This document shows positions 27,967-39,877 of a DNA stretch of 64,000 nt, one piece after another; the first letter of the stretch is position 1; every line of letters starts with the position of its first letter. The translations under genes and the position numbers were made by a program. The notes under the pieces are model-generated. The model was not told the DNA's origin and made no database searches. It saw only the letters and a program-made list of their open reading frames with translations. The DNA lies in NCBI RefSeq assembly GCF_038025025.1, contig NW_027117350.1, positions 186,001 to 250,000 of the forward strand, written 5' to 3'. This DNA comes from Phyllosticta citribraziliensis (lineage: Eukaryota).

Positions 27967-29532
27967 ATGCAAAAGACGGTGTACGTTGGTACTTTCGTCC
28001 AATCCAAGTCGCTACAAGAGTTGGATATTTGTGCAAAGGGAGCTGTTGGGGTGGACGAGAATGGAAGAATTGCTTTTACAAGCCGAGGGTTCGACAACCT
28101 GGAAGCTGTCTTGAAAGAGCATGAGGGCTGGTCAGGCGCAAAGGTCATCGAGGGACAGAAAAACGGCTTCTTCTTCCCCGGCTTCATAGGTTTGTTTGAA
28201 ACGAGAATCCAGATCCAAGAGACGGCTCAACTGACTTCATATCTAGATACACACATCCACGCCCCGCAATATCCCAATGCTGGCATTTTTGGCAAATCAA
28301 CTCTCCTCGACTGGCTCAACACCTATACCTTTCCCACCGAGTCGTCCTTCTCGTCCCTCTCCAAAGCCCGCCTGATCTACAACCGCGTTGTACGCCGCAC
28401 TCTTTCCCATGGCACCACCACCGCCGCCTATTACGCCACCATCCACGTTGATTCAACGAACCTGCTGGCCTCCATCTGCCTCTCAAACGGTCAACGCGCC
28501 TTCATCGGGCGCGTATGCATGGACGCAGACCTCAGCCCGCCGACGTACCGGGACGTCTCGGCCGCAGACAGCGTCACATCGACGCTTGCCGTCATCAACT
28601 ACATTCGGCAGCTGGACCCGCAAGGCGCCCTCATCGCACCCATCATCACGCCGCGCTTCGCGCCATCCTGCACCGCGCACGCCCTTTCCCTTCTCGGTGC
28701 CCTCCAGCACGAACACAACCTCCTCGCGCAAACCCACATCTCCGAGAACCCGTCCGAAGTCGAGCTCGTGGCATCTCTGTTTCCGTCTGCGTCATCGTAT
28801 GCCGACGTCTACGACGCCGCCGGCCTCCTCAACCCGCGCACCATCCTCGCCCACGCCGTGCACCTGACGCCGGAAGAGACGGCCCTGGTGCGCGCGCGCG
28901 GAGCCAAGGTCGCCCACTGCCCGGCCAGCAACTCGGCGCTGACCAGCGGCGTCGCGCCCGTCCGCGCGCTGCTCGACCACGGCATCGACGTCGGCCTCGG
29001 CACCGACGTCAGCGGCGGGTACAGCCCCAGCGTCCTCGAGGCCGCGCGCCAGGCCGTTCTCGTCTCGCGGCTGCGCAGCGTCATCGTCGCTGCGGATAGA
29101 GAGCGCGAGCAGCGGGAGAAGAAGGGGAGTGGAGCAGAGGGCGAGACGGAGGGCTGCGATGACGCAGAGCACGCCAAGCTGTCGACTGAAGAGGCGCTGT
29201 TCCTGGCGACGCGCGGCGGCGCGCAGGTCGTTGGGCTGGCTGACCGCATTGGCGCGTTCGAGGTTGGCATGGAGTGGGATGCGCAGATGATCGGGCTGGG
29301 GGCGCTCGTCGGAGGAGGAAACCACGGCCAAGATAGCACAGAGGACGTGGAAGCTGAGGGGGCAGAGTCTGAGACGGTCGAAGATGTAGAGACTTCGCCC
29401 GTGGATATCTTTGGGTGGGAGAGCTGGGCCGAGAGAGTCGACAAGTGGGTCTTCAACGGCGACGACAGGAACACGCTGGCTGTATGGGTCAAGGGGCGGT
29501 TAGTGCACAAGAGGGAGGGTGTCGAGGTGTAA
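27967..29532 (+). CDS. GUD1: Guanine deaminase
   Basis: FFPGFI|DTHIHAPQY, GTTTAAYYATIH, ITPRFAPSC, QTHISEN, HCPASN, GLGTDVSGG and GDDRN motifs; intron 28190-28246. Confidence 0.93.
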   Translation: MQKTVYVGTFVQSKSLQELDICAKGAVGVDENGRIAFTSRGFDNLEAVLKEHEGWSGAKVIEGQKNGFFFPGFIGLFETRIQIQETAQLTSYLDTHIHAPQYPNAGIFGKSTLLDWLNTYTFPTESSFSSLSKARLIYNRVVRRTLSHGTTTAAYYATIHVDSTNLLASICLSNGQRAFIGRVCMDADLSPPTYRDVSAADSVTSTLAVINYIRQLDPQGALIAPIITPRFAPSCTAHALSLLGALQHEHNLLAQTHISENPSEVELVASLFPSASSYADVYDAAGLLNPRTILAHAVHLTPEETALVRARGAKVAHCPASNSALTSGVAPVRALLDHGIDVGLGTDVSGGYSPSVLEAARQAVLVSRLRSVIVAADREREQREKKGSGAEGETEGCDDAEHAKLSTEEALFLATRGGAQVVGLADRIGAFEVGMEWDAQMIGLGALVGGGNHGQDSTEDVEAEGAESETVEDVETSPVDIFGWESWAERVDKWVFNGDDRNTLAVWVKGRLVHKREGVEV

Positions 29533-29765
29533 GTCTTGCTGTTTGTCCAGGGCGCTGGGCTCGTGGATCAAAGACATTTACTCTGCGCGAGCGACGGTCC
29601 ACAAAACTTCAAATCCAACGTAAACAAAAAGTTAGTGTGGCACGCAACCAAAGGTTCTCTATCCCTCAACCAAGATTCATGGCAACGAGCCCATTCATCT
29701 ATTAAAACGCTCGTAGCCTGTCTGCCTATCATGCCCGTGCAACGCAACCTCCAATCTCCATCCCT

Positions 29766-31284
29766 CTATGCAAACATGTTGATCGTCTCCTTCTTCTTGG
29801 CCTGCACCTCCAAGATGGCGTCGACGTAGTGCTCGTGGATGATCTTGGACTGGCCGGAACGCAGGGCAATCATACCCGCCTCGACGCAGACGGCCTTGAG
29901 CTGGGCGCCACCAAACTCGTCCGTGCTGCGCGCCAACTCGCCCCAGTTGACATTGTCATCGACGGCCATCTTGCGGCTGTGGATGCGCAGAATCTGGGCG
30001 CGCGCCTCCTCGTTGGGCAGCGGGAATTCAATCTTGCGGTCCAGACGACCCGAACGCAGCAGGGCCGGGTCGAGCACGTCGACGCGGTTGGTGGCCGCCA
30101 GAACCTTGACGCGGTCGTCCGAGGCGAAACCGTCGAGCTGGTTCAGCAGCTCCAACATGGTGCGCTGCACTTCTCTGTCTCCCGACTTCTCCGAGTCAAA
30201 ACGCTTAGTGCCGACGGCGTCGAGTTCGTCGATGAAGATGATGGACGGGGCCTTTTCCTTGGCGAGAGCGAAGCAGTCTCGAACCAACTTGGCACCGTCT
30301 CCGATGAACATTTGCACGAGCTGGGGCCCGGCGAGCTTGAGGAAGGTTGCGTCGGTTTGAGCAGCGCAAGCTCTGGCGAGCAAAGTCTTGCCGGTTCCCG
30401 GGGGTCCGTACATGAGAGCACCTGTTTCAAATCAGTCAGACAGAGCCGTGATGTTGCCAAACCCGCATCAACTTACCCTTCGGCGCCTTGATTCCAATCT
30501 TCTTGAACCGCTCGGCCTCCTTCATCGGCCACACGACTGCTTCCACCAGCTCCTCGATCTGCTTGTCCAGGCCTCCAACGTCCGTGTACTTTTCCGTCGG
30601 CTTTTCGTCTACCTCCATGGCCTTGACTCTGCTGTCGTACTCTGCCGGCAGGGTATCCAAGACCAGGTAGGAATCCTTGTTCACACCAATGAGGTCGCCA
30701 GGCTTGAGCTTTTCGTGGTCCACGAGGCCGATGAGAGGAAGGAATATGGTCTGACGGGTCGACGTCTTGATGACTGCAGACTTGCCCACGCGTGTAGCGT
30801 CCAGGTCGATGTTAGCACCCTCCTCGGCAGCTTCCGCAGCCACGTCCAAGTCGAGGATCTCGACAACGTTGCCAACGAGATAGGGTAGTTGTCTGTGAGG
30901 AGATGGTTAGCGGGAGCAAGAGGCGTGCCGCGAAGCGGCCAGCCAGTGGTGTCGATGGTGACGTTACCTGTTGTTCTCGATCTTGTCCATGTTGTCCTTG
31001 ATCTTCTCGTGCATGGTTGCCTTCTCGTGCGTTAACCGCTGAAACTCGCTCTTCATGATGCGCATGTCGTTTTCGAGAAGCCGCCTTCTGGCGATGATGT
31101 CGCGCGTGCTCAGGCCCAGGATCTCGGCGTCCAGAACGTCATCCTCCTTTGAATCTTCTGCATCCTTCATGTCGGCATCGCCATTCTGGTTGCCCTTGCC
31201 ACCGTCCTGATCCTTGTCGCCATCCTTCTTGCCCTCGTCCTTGCCGGAGCGCTCAATGTCGTCGAGGTCCTCTAGTGTCGACAT
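29766..31284 (-). CDS. RPT5: 26S proteasome AAA-ATPase subunit 6A
   Basis: [52 protein letters not shown]; introns 30422-30476 and 30893-30967. Confidence 0.96.
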
Positions 31285-31895
31285 GGTGGCGTAGAGATGT
31301 CGGTAAAGCGGGGTGGAAGCCTTTGCAACTGCGTCGTTCCGACCGAGTTATCGATGAGATTCGAAGAGGTTGAGGGATGTGACGAATGGTGGAGGTGGAA
31401 GGGTGTGAGGTTGACAGCTGGTGCTGATGGTTGCTGGTGGATAGAAGCTCCCCGGCACTGGCATGGCGCTAGCGGCGCACGGCGATTATGTCATCACCCT
31501 CCGGTCCGCGTGTCAATCAACGCTTAAGGATGTATTTCGCATCCATGGTCTATGTCGAATGGAATTTCGAAGAGACAAAGAGCATTCAGGCTTTGTCCTT
31601 CTACTACTGCCCTTCTTGGGTTTCACAATTTACATGCGATACTCCGCAGATTACACTCCCGTTTAACGCAGACTTCTTCAACTCAATGCATTCTACGGCA
31701 CCTATTAAGTGGGCTTTGCCGGAAAAGCCAGCAAAACCATCAACTTCATGCGCACTGTATGCATCTACAAGTAGCAGACTCGGTCGCACTTTCAAAGTTT
31801 GTGGACCACAACTCGACCTCCTGTATCCACGTCCTTTCGATTCGACTTCTGTAGGATACTTGCCGCTGTCATCTCCATCCCATGGCTACCGTCTC

Positions 31896-34005
31896 TCACA
31901 TTTGCCAATGCATTAGGCCATTATTCGGAAAGTTGAGGGATCTGTACCGCGCCAGAAAATCGTCGCCGTTGACTGCATATGGTGTCAATTGTCGCCCATC
32001 GATTCTGGATTACAAACTCACTGTAGCCGCCACACAGTCTACGCTGACCGGTAAACGCCGATCGACCATGGAGAACGCGCCAATTGTCAAAGACTGCCAA
32101 AGTTAGCAAAGTCAAAGGAAGACAAGCCAGAAAGTGAAGTCGTACTCAGTGGCCGTCCGGGCTTGAGCTGCTCCCAGTATTCGTTCACAGGACTCTTCAG
32201 CAAATGGTTCCACTTCCTTCGTATCGTCAGTCGACGGCTCGTCTGATCATGGTGGAGATGGACTTACTTGGCTCCCATGTACCAATGAGGCCAGCTTTCC
32301 ACCGGTGGTTGCAGTCCATCTCGGTCATAGTTGTTCCATCGGATTTGAACCAGCTGGCGGCCGTGGTGTGTGAATGCAGGCTGGGGCTCGAGAGGGAAAA
32401 TACTATTTCCGTTGTTTCCACTGGCGTGACCGTAAGACTTGTATCGCGATAAGACTTCGTAGTACGCGTTATTCCTCTTGTGCAGGTCCATGGCAACCTT
32501 GAAGCCATCTACGAGCAGCGAAGCGCCGCCCTCGCCCCCTTCGTGGGAAAGTAGGTGGAACATCTGCAGGCGCGCCGGGTCCGTGAAGTACGTCGTGTCG
32601 GTGTGGGCATCGAGCCCAAGGTTAGTATATGCAGTGTCGTTCGAAGCCATGTCAGCCGTAAAGTCCCAGAAACCACCTGCGCTTGTGTCAGTCAGTCCAA
32701 AGGCCAGTAAGGGAAGGATCCGGACCATAGTGGGTGTGTCGTATGAAGGAGATTCTTTCGAGAAGTTCTTGCGTCGCCTCGGGCGATACTGGGCAGCCGT
32801 CAACATAGCAAAAGCCGTAGCGTTTCTGTGCATGGTTAACACTGTGGTTGCACCAGGAGTTGTTTTGCTTACAATCAGATAGGTCCATTCTTTGACACCT
32901 TCATCGGAAGCCATAACCTTGTCATAGTCCACCATCGGTGGCTTCTCCTTGATTTCGCGTCCCCACAGTATTGGACTGAACATATAGTCAGCACATGAGA
33001 GAAAAGCTTGAGGTGTATGTTCTCACTCGTGGTCGCCTTGTCTTGCTGACCACTCGTGGTCAGGCAACAGTCTTGCAACTAGAGCTTCGGGCTTGAACGT
33101 GCTTTCATGGCCATCGCTAACTGCAAAATCAATCAGTCGACACCCAAGGCTTGAATGGATGGCGCTTGGCTCTTACAGAGCACGCGTATTTCATCGTCGG
33201 TTACATCGGCCTTGATTATGGTTATTGTTTTCGGGATCTGTGACCAGTCAGATAAAGCTCCAAGAAACGAAACATAAGCCTCACCGAGAAAGTGTCGACT
33301 TCGCGCTGCCTGGTCACGGGATGGACGCATTGCTTGCATTGGCAAGAGTCCCTGGCACACTCAATTTCTGACCTTGGTCGAGTCCGGTCGGATTTGGCAT
33401 TACCTTAACCATATCGCAGGACTTGTTCGATCAGTTTCTGGGTTCAAAACTGAGTGCTAGTACGGAAGAGGCTCACATAGTCCGGCAAATCTCGTTTCCG
33501 TCAACATTGGGGCCTGTCAATTCCAGCCTCACGCCTGAGCCCTCGGGTCTTTTGGGAATGAAGGCGAACTTCTTGGTTGCGTTTGGATTGGGTTTGGGGG
33601 TATGCACAATGGGGTGCCACTAGCTCGGTCAAAGTTGATCTGGTGGTGTGATGTTTTGCGAACTTACCGGCTCATTGTGATTCTTCTGGTTTTGCCCGCG
33701 CTTCTTGGGCTGTGCTCTTCTACGCAAGGATAGGTCGTGCTCAACTTTAGGGCTGGGCTGATCCTCTTGTTCATTCTATCATCGTGTCAGGTTGCAAGAA
33801 ATTTGGCGACCTGAAGCGAACATACAAAGCTCGCCTTTGTCGCAGCTAACGCATCCCCGGCATAAGATCGCGTGAGACGTGGCAGCTGTGCCGCTGAAGC
33901 TATCGCAGTCCTGGGGGTGAAAATGTTAGATTCCGACGCGTAGGAAACAGGTGGAAAGACTTGCCATGGAATGCCTGTGGACAGACGGAGCGCGCGCCGT
34001 ATCAT
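31896..34005 (-). CDS. Trimethyllysine dioxygenase (carnitine biosynthesis; TauD-like Fe/2OG enzyme), multi-exon
   Basis: LRDKCQG...HP, GGFWDFT, AHTDTTYFTDP, LLVDGF, IRWNNYDR and FDNWRVLHGRSAFTGKRRLCGGY; Arg-rich presequence-like N-terminus; about 11 introns. Confidence 0.87.
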
Positions 34006-34239
34006 GATGAGGTTGCAAAAGTTCCAGTCGCGTTGATGGAGCAGTAGCGGACAAGTAAACAGTTGGAGGTTACTGCCGTCACACCCCACACCCCGGATAT
34101 AGCTAGCCAAAAGTGGTCTAGTGCCGGTCCTGCGCTGATGCTCGGATACCTGCTAGCCGACGAGGACTTGCTGTTCGTCCATTGATGCCGAAGCAGGCAC
34201 TCGGTTGCGAGAAAGCACAAGTCCTGAATCTAGTGCTCT

Positions 34240-34452
34240 CGCAGTGGGTGTCGAAAGAAATGAGACTCCCATGGTCTATCTGCAGTAATAATTGACGGCT
34301 TCCAAGCGCGAGTATTACGCTTCACGAATGCTCCTTGAGCGCAGGCGTAGCAGCGAACAAATGCTCCTTAAGGACAATCGTGGGAGCAAATGAACGCTCC
34401 CCAGACGCACTCATACTTCCAGGAGGTCTCATTTCTTTTGACGCTTACTGTG
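34240..34452 (+). mobile_element. MITE, full copy (213 bp)
   Basis: CGCAGTGGGTGTCGAAAGAAATGAG / CTCATTTCTTTTGACGCTTACTGTG; flanks CTCT and GTCT (3/4 match); two internal 33-bp units. Confidence 0.85.
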
Positions 34453-34583
34453 GTCTCAAAAGTAACGTTTGAATTTCCCGGCATACAAGGAACCACACGT
34501 TCTTAGGTATATAATGACTACAGTGCACCTCCATCTCCAATACAAGCGCAGCTACTCCCAAGCAGCTTCTGCCCCGTTACACC

Positions 34584-34682
34584 GGTGAGGTGGCCGAGTT
34601 GGTTATGGCGCCAGGTTAAGGTTACCGTAATATCTGTTTCCTGGTGGGGCAACCCGCGCGAGTTCGAGTCTCGTCCTCATCA
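34584..34682 (+). tRNA. tRNA-Leu(AAG) with short intron
   Basis: GGTGAGG/CCTCATC acceptor stem, TGGCCGAGTTGGTT D-loop, CCAGG-TTAAGG...CCTGG anticodon arm, long variable arm GGG-CAA-CCC, GTTCGAGTC, downstream T-run terminator. Confidence 0.92.
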
Positions 34683-35145
34683 CTATCTTTTTTGCCTTTT
34701 CCCGCATCGTTTTGTCGCTGTGGAGAGGCTGGGAGGCTGGTGTTGAAAAATTGATAGAGTCCGTGCGTCGCGTGCGTCGCGTGCGCCCGGCCCGGCGCGA
34801 GGCTCTCTCGGCCACGAGGAGAGTACTGTAAGAGCGTACCGTACTTGCCTTGATTGTGCCGTCTCAGTCTAAGTCTTCTGTTTTGTCATGTGCCATCTTT
34901 ATTGGCTGAAATTCAAAGCCCGCCATGGTCCGACCACGGAAATGAAGAGAGCATTCGCCCTTTTGCTTTGGCGAGGTGTGAAGGGACGAGTATTCCGCAG
35001 CATCCAAGTTCTCCAGAAAAGGTTTGAAGGATGAATTTATGGAATGATTTTACGTTTGCGTCATTATCAATCAACTGCCCTACATAAAACATCAAGATTA
35101 CGCAAGACCACTTCTCTGTACCTACCTCTGCGACCAGCCACATTC

Positions 35146-36187
35146 TCAATCCACGTCTGGCACGGGCAAGCCATTGTACATTTTCATGTGACGTCCCTGA
35201 GCCTCCATGGCCTCCATGGCCTTCTTCTCGCGCAGTCCAGCCGCCTCTTTATCCGACACCAGCACAAAGTCATACGTGATGAGCTTGCCGCCCTCGGGAA
35301 AGTCGTAGCGCTCGGCCTGCTCTTTGGACACGGTGCCCAGATCGATCAAGAGCGACTCTTTGACGCCAAACACGGCGTCGGACGTCTCGTAGGGGTCGTT
35401 TCGGAGGTACAGCGCACTGCAGTTCTACGGTCAGCGGGTTGAAGGCGGTTGGGCAGTGAGCAACTTGCGTGATCAAATGGTCGTAGCCCTCCTTTGCAAA
35501 CATAAAGTGCATGTGGCTCGGGCGGTACGGGTGTCTCTTCAACACCTTCAACAGCTTGCCCACCGGCCCGTCGTGGGGGATGGGGTACGGCACGGGCACA
35601 ATGGCCTTGAACCAGAAAAGGCCGTCGTCGTCACTGCGCAATATCGCGCGTCCATCCGGCCCTTCGCGCCCTGCGTACTGCACGTCGTAGAAGCCCTTGG
35701 AGTCTGTCTCCCAGACGTCAATCTTGACGCTGGGGATGGGCCGGCCCGCCGTGTCCTTGATGGTGCAAAGCACCAGACAGGGCTCCCCTTGGGGGTCATG
35801 CGAAATGGTACTTCCGCCGGGCTCCTCATGAGCATCGAGGGTGTGGAAGGGGCCGAGCACGGTGCCTTCGGTGCTGAGCGGCGGCTTGGGGTGATCGATC
35901 GAGTCGATGAGGAGGGACAGCCCAAGTATATCGGACAGCAGAATGTACTCTTGCCGCACGTCGCTGCAGATTTGGCCAACTTCGGTCAGGAATTGGAGGC
36001 CCGTCATCCATTCGTTGGTGCTGAGGCGCGTCTCGCGCGCAAAGTCGTGGAGATGCACGACAGCGCGCTCGAGGATGTACTTGAGACGGGGGTCTGGAGC
36101 GCGCGAGTTGATGAGGTGGACATTTTCAGTGATGTTGTCGATTGTCAAGTCCTTGAGAGGCGGAATGTCGACGGCAGAGGGATCCAT
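35146..36187 (-). CDS. Intradiol ring-cleavage dioxygenase, hydroxyquinol/catechol 1,2-dioxygenase type
   Basis: HLHDFARETRL, ILLSDILGLS, TVLGPF, GFYDVQ, YPIPHDGPVG, RPSHMHF and SDAVFGVK; GC-AG intron 35417-35468. Confidence 0.9.
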
Positions 36188-36634
36188 TGTGCAGATTGAC
36201 GAACAGGCGCACTGATTTGGCAACTTTGGACGGGCTCAGTTGTTTATCAATCGGATATAAGTAGCTGGAGAGGTCGGACTTGTCATTGATTTATCACTCG
36301 CAGCGGGACGCGTACTAAACGGCTTCGTCCTAAAGGCTGTTTCGACCCCGCGATCACCCTCCCCGCACCTGGCACTTGGTTCGGCGAGCTTGGTCGGTAC
36401 ATGGGAGTAGTGTGGTTGAACATGTTCGGCATGGGTCCACTTGGGGCGGGCGAAGAGTGCAAAGTCAAATGATGATGAGAGGACGTCAGGAGATGATAAA
36501 TGCTGATGAATTGGATGGTCCAATGGCGAACGAGACATTTCGTTCTATGCGATGGAATCTGGGGGCTGGGGCTGGGGCTGGGGCTGGGGGCCCGCTGCGA
36601 CCCCGCCGGAACCGTTCCGCTCTGGCCTCCGCCC

Positions 36635-36828
36635 CACAGTGGGTGTAGACAGAAATGAGGGAGACACCCTAGGTCTGGCAGCAGCACATGTGGCAGCGCA
36701 CGCATGAATGCTTCCTAAGCGCGACTGTAGCAGTGAATGGATGCTCCCTAAGCGTGGCTGTAATAGCAGATTAGGTATTGCTCTTGAATTGTTGCCAGGA
36801 AGTCTCATTTCTTTCGACACCCACTGTG
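36635..36828 (+). mobile_element. MITE, full copy (194 bp)
   Basis: CACAGTGGGTGTAGACAGAAATGAG / CTCATTTCTTTCGACACCCACTGTG; flanks GCCC and CCCC (3/4 match). Confidence 0.87.
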
Positions 36829-36861
36829 CCCCTCGCTGCTCAACCAAACGACCTCCCTCTC

Positions 36862-37314
36862 CTACAACCTGCTCTTCACCTTCAAATGCTTCGCCGCAAA
36901 ATCAATCGCCGCAGTATACCCATACGTTCCCAGCCCACATATCACCGCCTCCGCCTTGTCGCTCAAGTAGCTGTGGTGCCGAAACGGCTCTCTTTTGTGG
37001 ACGTTTGAAATGTGCACCTCGAAAAACGGCACGTCGATTCCCACCAGCGCGTCCCTCAGCGCAACGCTCGTGTGTGTCAGGGCTCCAGGATTGATGATGA
37101 CGGCGTCAATTCTCCCACGGGCCTCGTGAATCCGGTCGATAATGGCGCCCTCCCAGTTGGATTGGTAATCTTCGACCTCGACCTCGAGCTCCGCAGCCTG
37201 TTGTTTCGCGAGGTCGACCACGTCGCTCAGTGTGGTACTTCCGTAAATATGCGGCTCTCGTGTTCCAAGGAGGTTGAGGTTGGGCCCGTTGATGAGGAGA
37301 ATGCGCTTGGCCAT
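36862..37314 (-). CDS. qa-2: Catabolic type II 3-dehydroquinase
   Basis: [51 protein letters not shown] (qutE orthologue). Confidence 0.96.
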   Translation of the reverse strand: MAKRILLINGPNLNLLGTREPHIYGSTTLSDVVDLAKQQAAELEVEVEDYQSNWEGAIIDRIHEARGRIDAVIINPGALTHTSVALRDALVGIDVPFFEVHISNVHKREPFRHHSYLSDKAEAVICGLGTYGYTAAIDFAAKHLKVKSRL

Positions 37315-37892
37315 GGCTGCTTGTTCGAATCGCGTGGTTTCACGGAGAGAGGGTTGGTAATACTTGACCGGTGGGTGGTCGTATGTTTGTCGGTTGTCGA
37401 GTCGAGAGAGCTGCTGCTTTCAAACATGATGTGCGGACACGGCGAAGAAAAGCATCCTGCAGACTGCACATCTTCACGACTCAGGGAAAACATTCTTCCC
37501 AGACTGGAATAAAGCCCGACGACTTCATGCTTGTTTGAGGCCTTGAAGAAACGGGCATTCTATCAAAGAAGCAAACAATAGCGCCTTTGAGACCCAGAGT
37601 CAGTTCTCGCAGCGTTTGCATGACGGTCCACTCCGAGCATGTTTTGAAGATGGCGAGGTAGCTTCTTTTCAGCCTGGCACGGGCTCTTTGGCGGCCATCA
37701 GAGCGCTGCGGGACATGCCCGGCGAACTGTGCGCTTTGTGGCGGTCAGATGCGGGTCAGGACATTCATTCGAGCTGCGAGGCTGCGTACCTAGCAGGGGG
37801 ACAGCTATAACCGAAGCGACAATGACTGCAAGGGCTCTCTTCGTCTTATCAAGCCTCCTCCGAGTCCCCTTCACAGCTCACAAGACACCAAC

Positions 37893-39372
37893 ATGACAGC
37901 AATCGAAATCGGACAGGCGGAGCTGGACGACATTTATGCCTTTGCTGTGCAACTGGGCAAAGATGCCGGTAAAATGCTGCTCGACGCGGCCATGTCGAGG
38001 TGCTCGGCTGGAAGACCGGAAGAGAAGGAACATGTGGAGAAGATGAACGCCGTCGACCTGGTAACTCAAACGGATGAAGGTACGTCGGTTTGTTGCCTCG
38101 AAACGGCAATTGAGGCTTGCTGGCGAAATGGCTTTGGATGCACAGCTACACGTGTTGGTCGTTGCGACGAGAAGAAACATGCAGCCCTGGAAGCCATGCC
38201 TTGACGCTTGCCCCTGTCGCTAGTGGTTTTGTTGCTAAATGCTCGAGCAGACGTCGAAGCATTTGTCAAAAAGAGCATTGTCAAGAAATATCCCTCGCAC
38301 AAGTCAGTTGCAGCTTTCTCGTCACCTTTAGTGGCTCGTCGACACAAAACTCACCCGAAAACTAACTAAATCGCTATCCAGATTCATTGGCGAAGAAACA
38401 TACTCCAAGGGCGCATCAAAAGACTATCTAGTCGACAAATCGCCCACATGGATCGTCGACCCGCTCGACGGGACCGTCAACTACATCCACCTTTTCCCCA
38501 TGTTCTGCGTCAGCATCGGCTTCGTGGTTGATCACAAACCGACCATTGGCGTCATCTACGCTCCATTTCTTAACCAACTTTTCACCGCGTGCCGCGGGCG
38601 CGGCGCCTGGCTCAACGACACGCAGCAGCTGCCGCTTATGCGTAACCCGGTGCCGCCCATGCCGGCCAATGCGCCCTCGGGCTGCGTGCTGAGCTGCGAG
38701 TGGGGCAAGGACCGGCGCGACCGCCCCGACGGCAACATGTGGCGCAAGGTTGAGAGTTTTGTGAATTTGGCAGCCGAGAGAGGCGGCAGGGGTGGCAAGG
38801 GGGGCATGGTGCACGGCGTGAGGAGCTTGGGGAGGTGAGTAGAGCCCAACTCCGACGGAACTTGTTCCGATAGCTTGCTGTACGTGGCTGACTTGTAATC
38901 AGCGCAACACTTGACCTGGCATATTGTGCCATGGGCTCGTTTGATATCTGGTGGGAGGGCGGCTGTTGGGAGTGGGACGTTGCAGCCGGCATCTGCATCT
39001 TGCTGGAAGCGGGCGGCTTGGTCACCACCGCCAATCCACCTGCAGACCCTGCCACCGCGCCGATCGAGGAAGTTCGCTTGGGAAGCAGACTGTATTTGGC
39101 TGTGAGGTAAGTGACGACGACTCTCACATCCACTTCAAAAACAAAAAGCAGATGTGGCGAGCTTTTACCCGCTCGGTTGCCATGGAGGGGAGCGCCCAAT
39201 GGAGACGCAGTGGAGAAACAGTGGAGTTATTGATTCTTTGACGTGGAAGCTGACGTTCATCAGACCCGCCGGGCCGTCCGAGAATGAGACTGGCAGACAG
39301 AGCCAGGAGCGCACTGTCCGAGAAGTGTGGAAGCGGGTCATGGAACTGGACTATTCCCGACCTGGTGCATGA
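37893..39372 (+). CDS. qa-x: Inositol-monophosphatase-family protein of the qa cluster
   Basis: [23 protein letters not shown] and WEWDVAAG motifs; 4 introns; divergent from qa-2 (qutG orthologue). Confidence 0.9.
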
Positions 39373-39384
39373 GTAGGACACGTC

Positions 39385-39563
39385 CACAGCGGGTGTGGGA
39401 AGGAATGAGGCTCTCCAGGTCTAGCTGCCGCAACAAACCACAGCTCTGCGCGCATCTGCGATGGCAGGCGACTGCTCCTTAGGTGTCACGGCAAGAGCAG
39501 AGGACTGCTCCCTAGACGCAAACACCGCAGTGACCGAGGTCCCATTTCTTTTGACACACTGTG
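39385..39563 (+). mobile_element. MITE, full diverged copy (179 bp), CGTC target duplication
   Basis: CACAGCGGGTGTGGGAAGGAATGAGG / CCCATTTCTTTTGACACACTGTG; CGTC at 39381-39384 and 39564-39567. Confidence 0.85.
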
Positions 39564-39877
39564 CGTCGGTTCGTAAGCATCGGATTGCATCTGCTAAACG
39601 GAAGACAGGCAGGGGAGCCTTATCATCAGGCGTCATCATCTAGAAATCCATTTCAAGTCTATCTATACGAAATGTGCAGTATCTGTGCAGGTCGTTCCGA
39701 CTGTCGTGTCTGGAATTTTCCGTCGCCTGGCTTCTTCCAGTACGCGTCATGGAGAAATCGTCTCGTTTGTTGTGCTCTGGCGTCCTCAACAATCGGATGC
39801 CGAGTTCCGCTGGTCAACGTTGCAAGCTGTTGACGAGAATGACAAGCAGCTTCTAGAGACCTCTTCCAGCCCCACAC

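Noticed and set aside
33776..33835. GC-AG intron in trimethyllysine dioxygenase
   Set aside because: A canonical same-phase GTATGT donor lies 9 nt further on, so a GC donor is unnecessary.
37484..37499. QA-1F binding sites (GGRTAARYRYTTAYCC) in cluster promoters
   Set aside because: The best matches found by eye are only 12-13 of 16 (e.g. GGGAAAACATTCTTCC), too weak to call without motif discovery across orthologous promoters.
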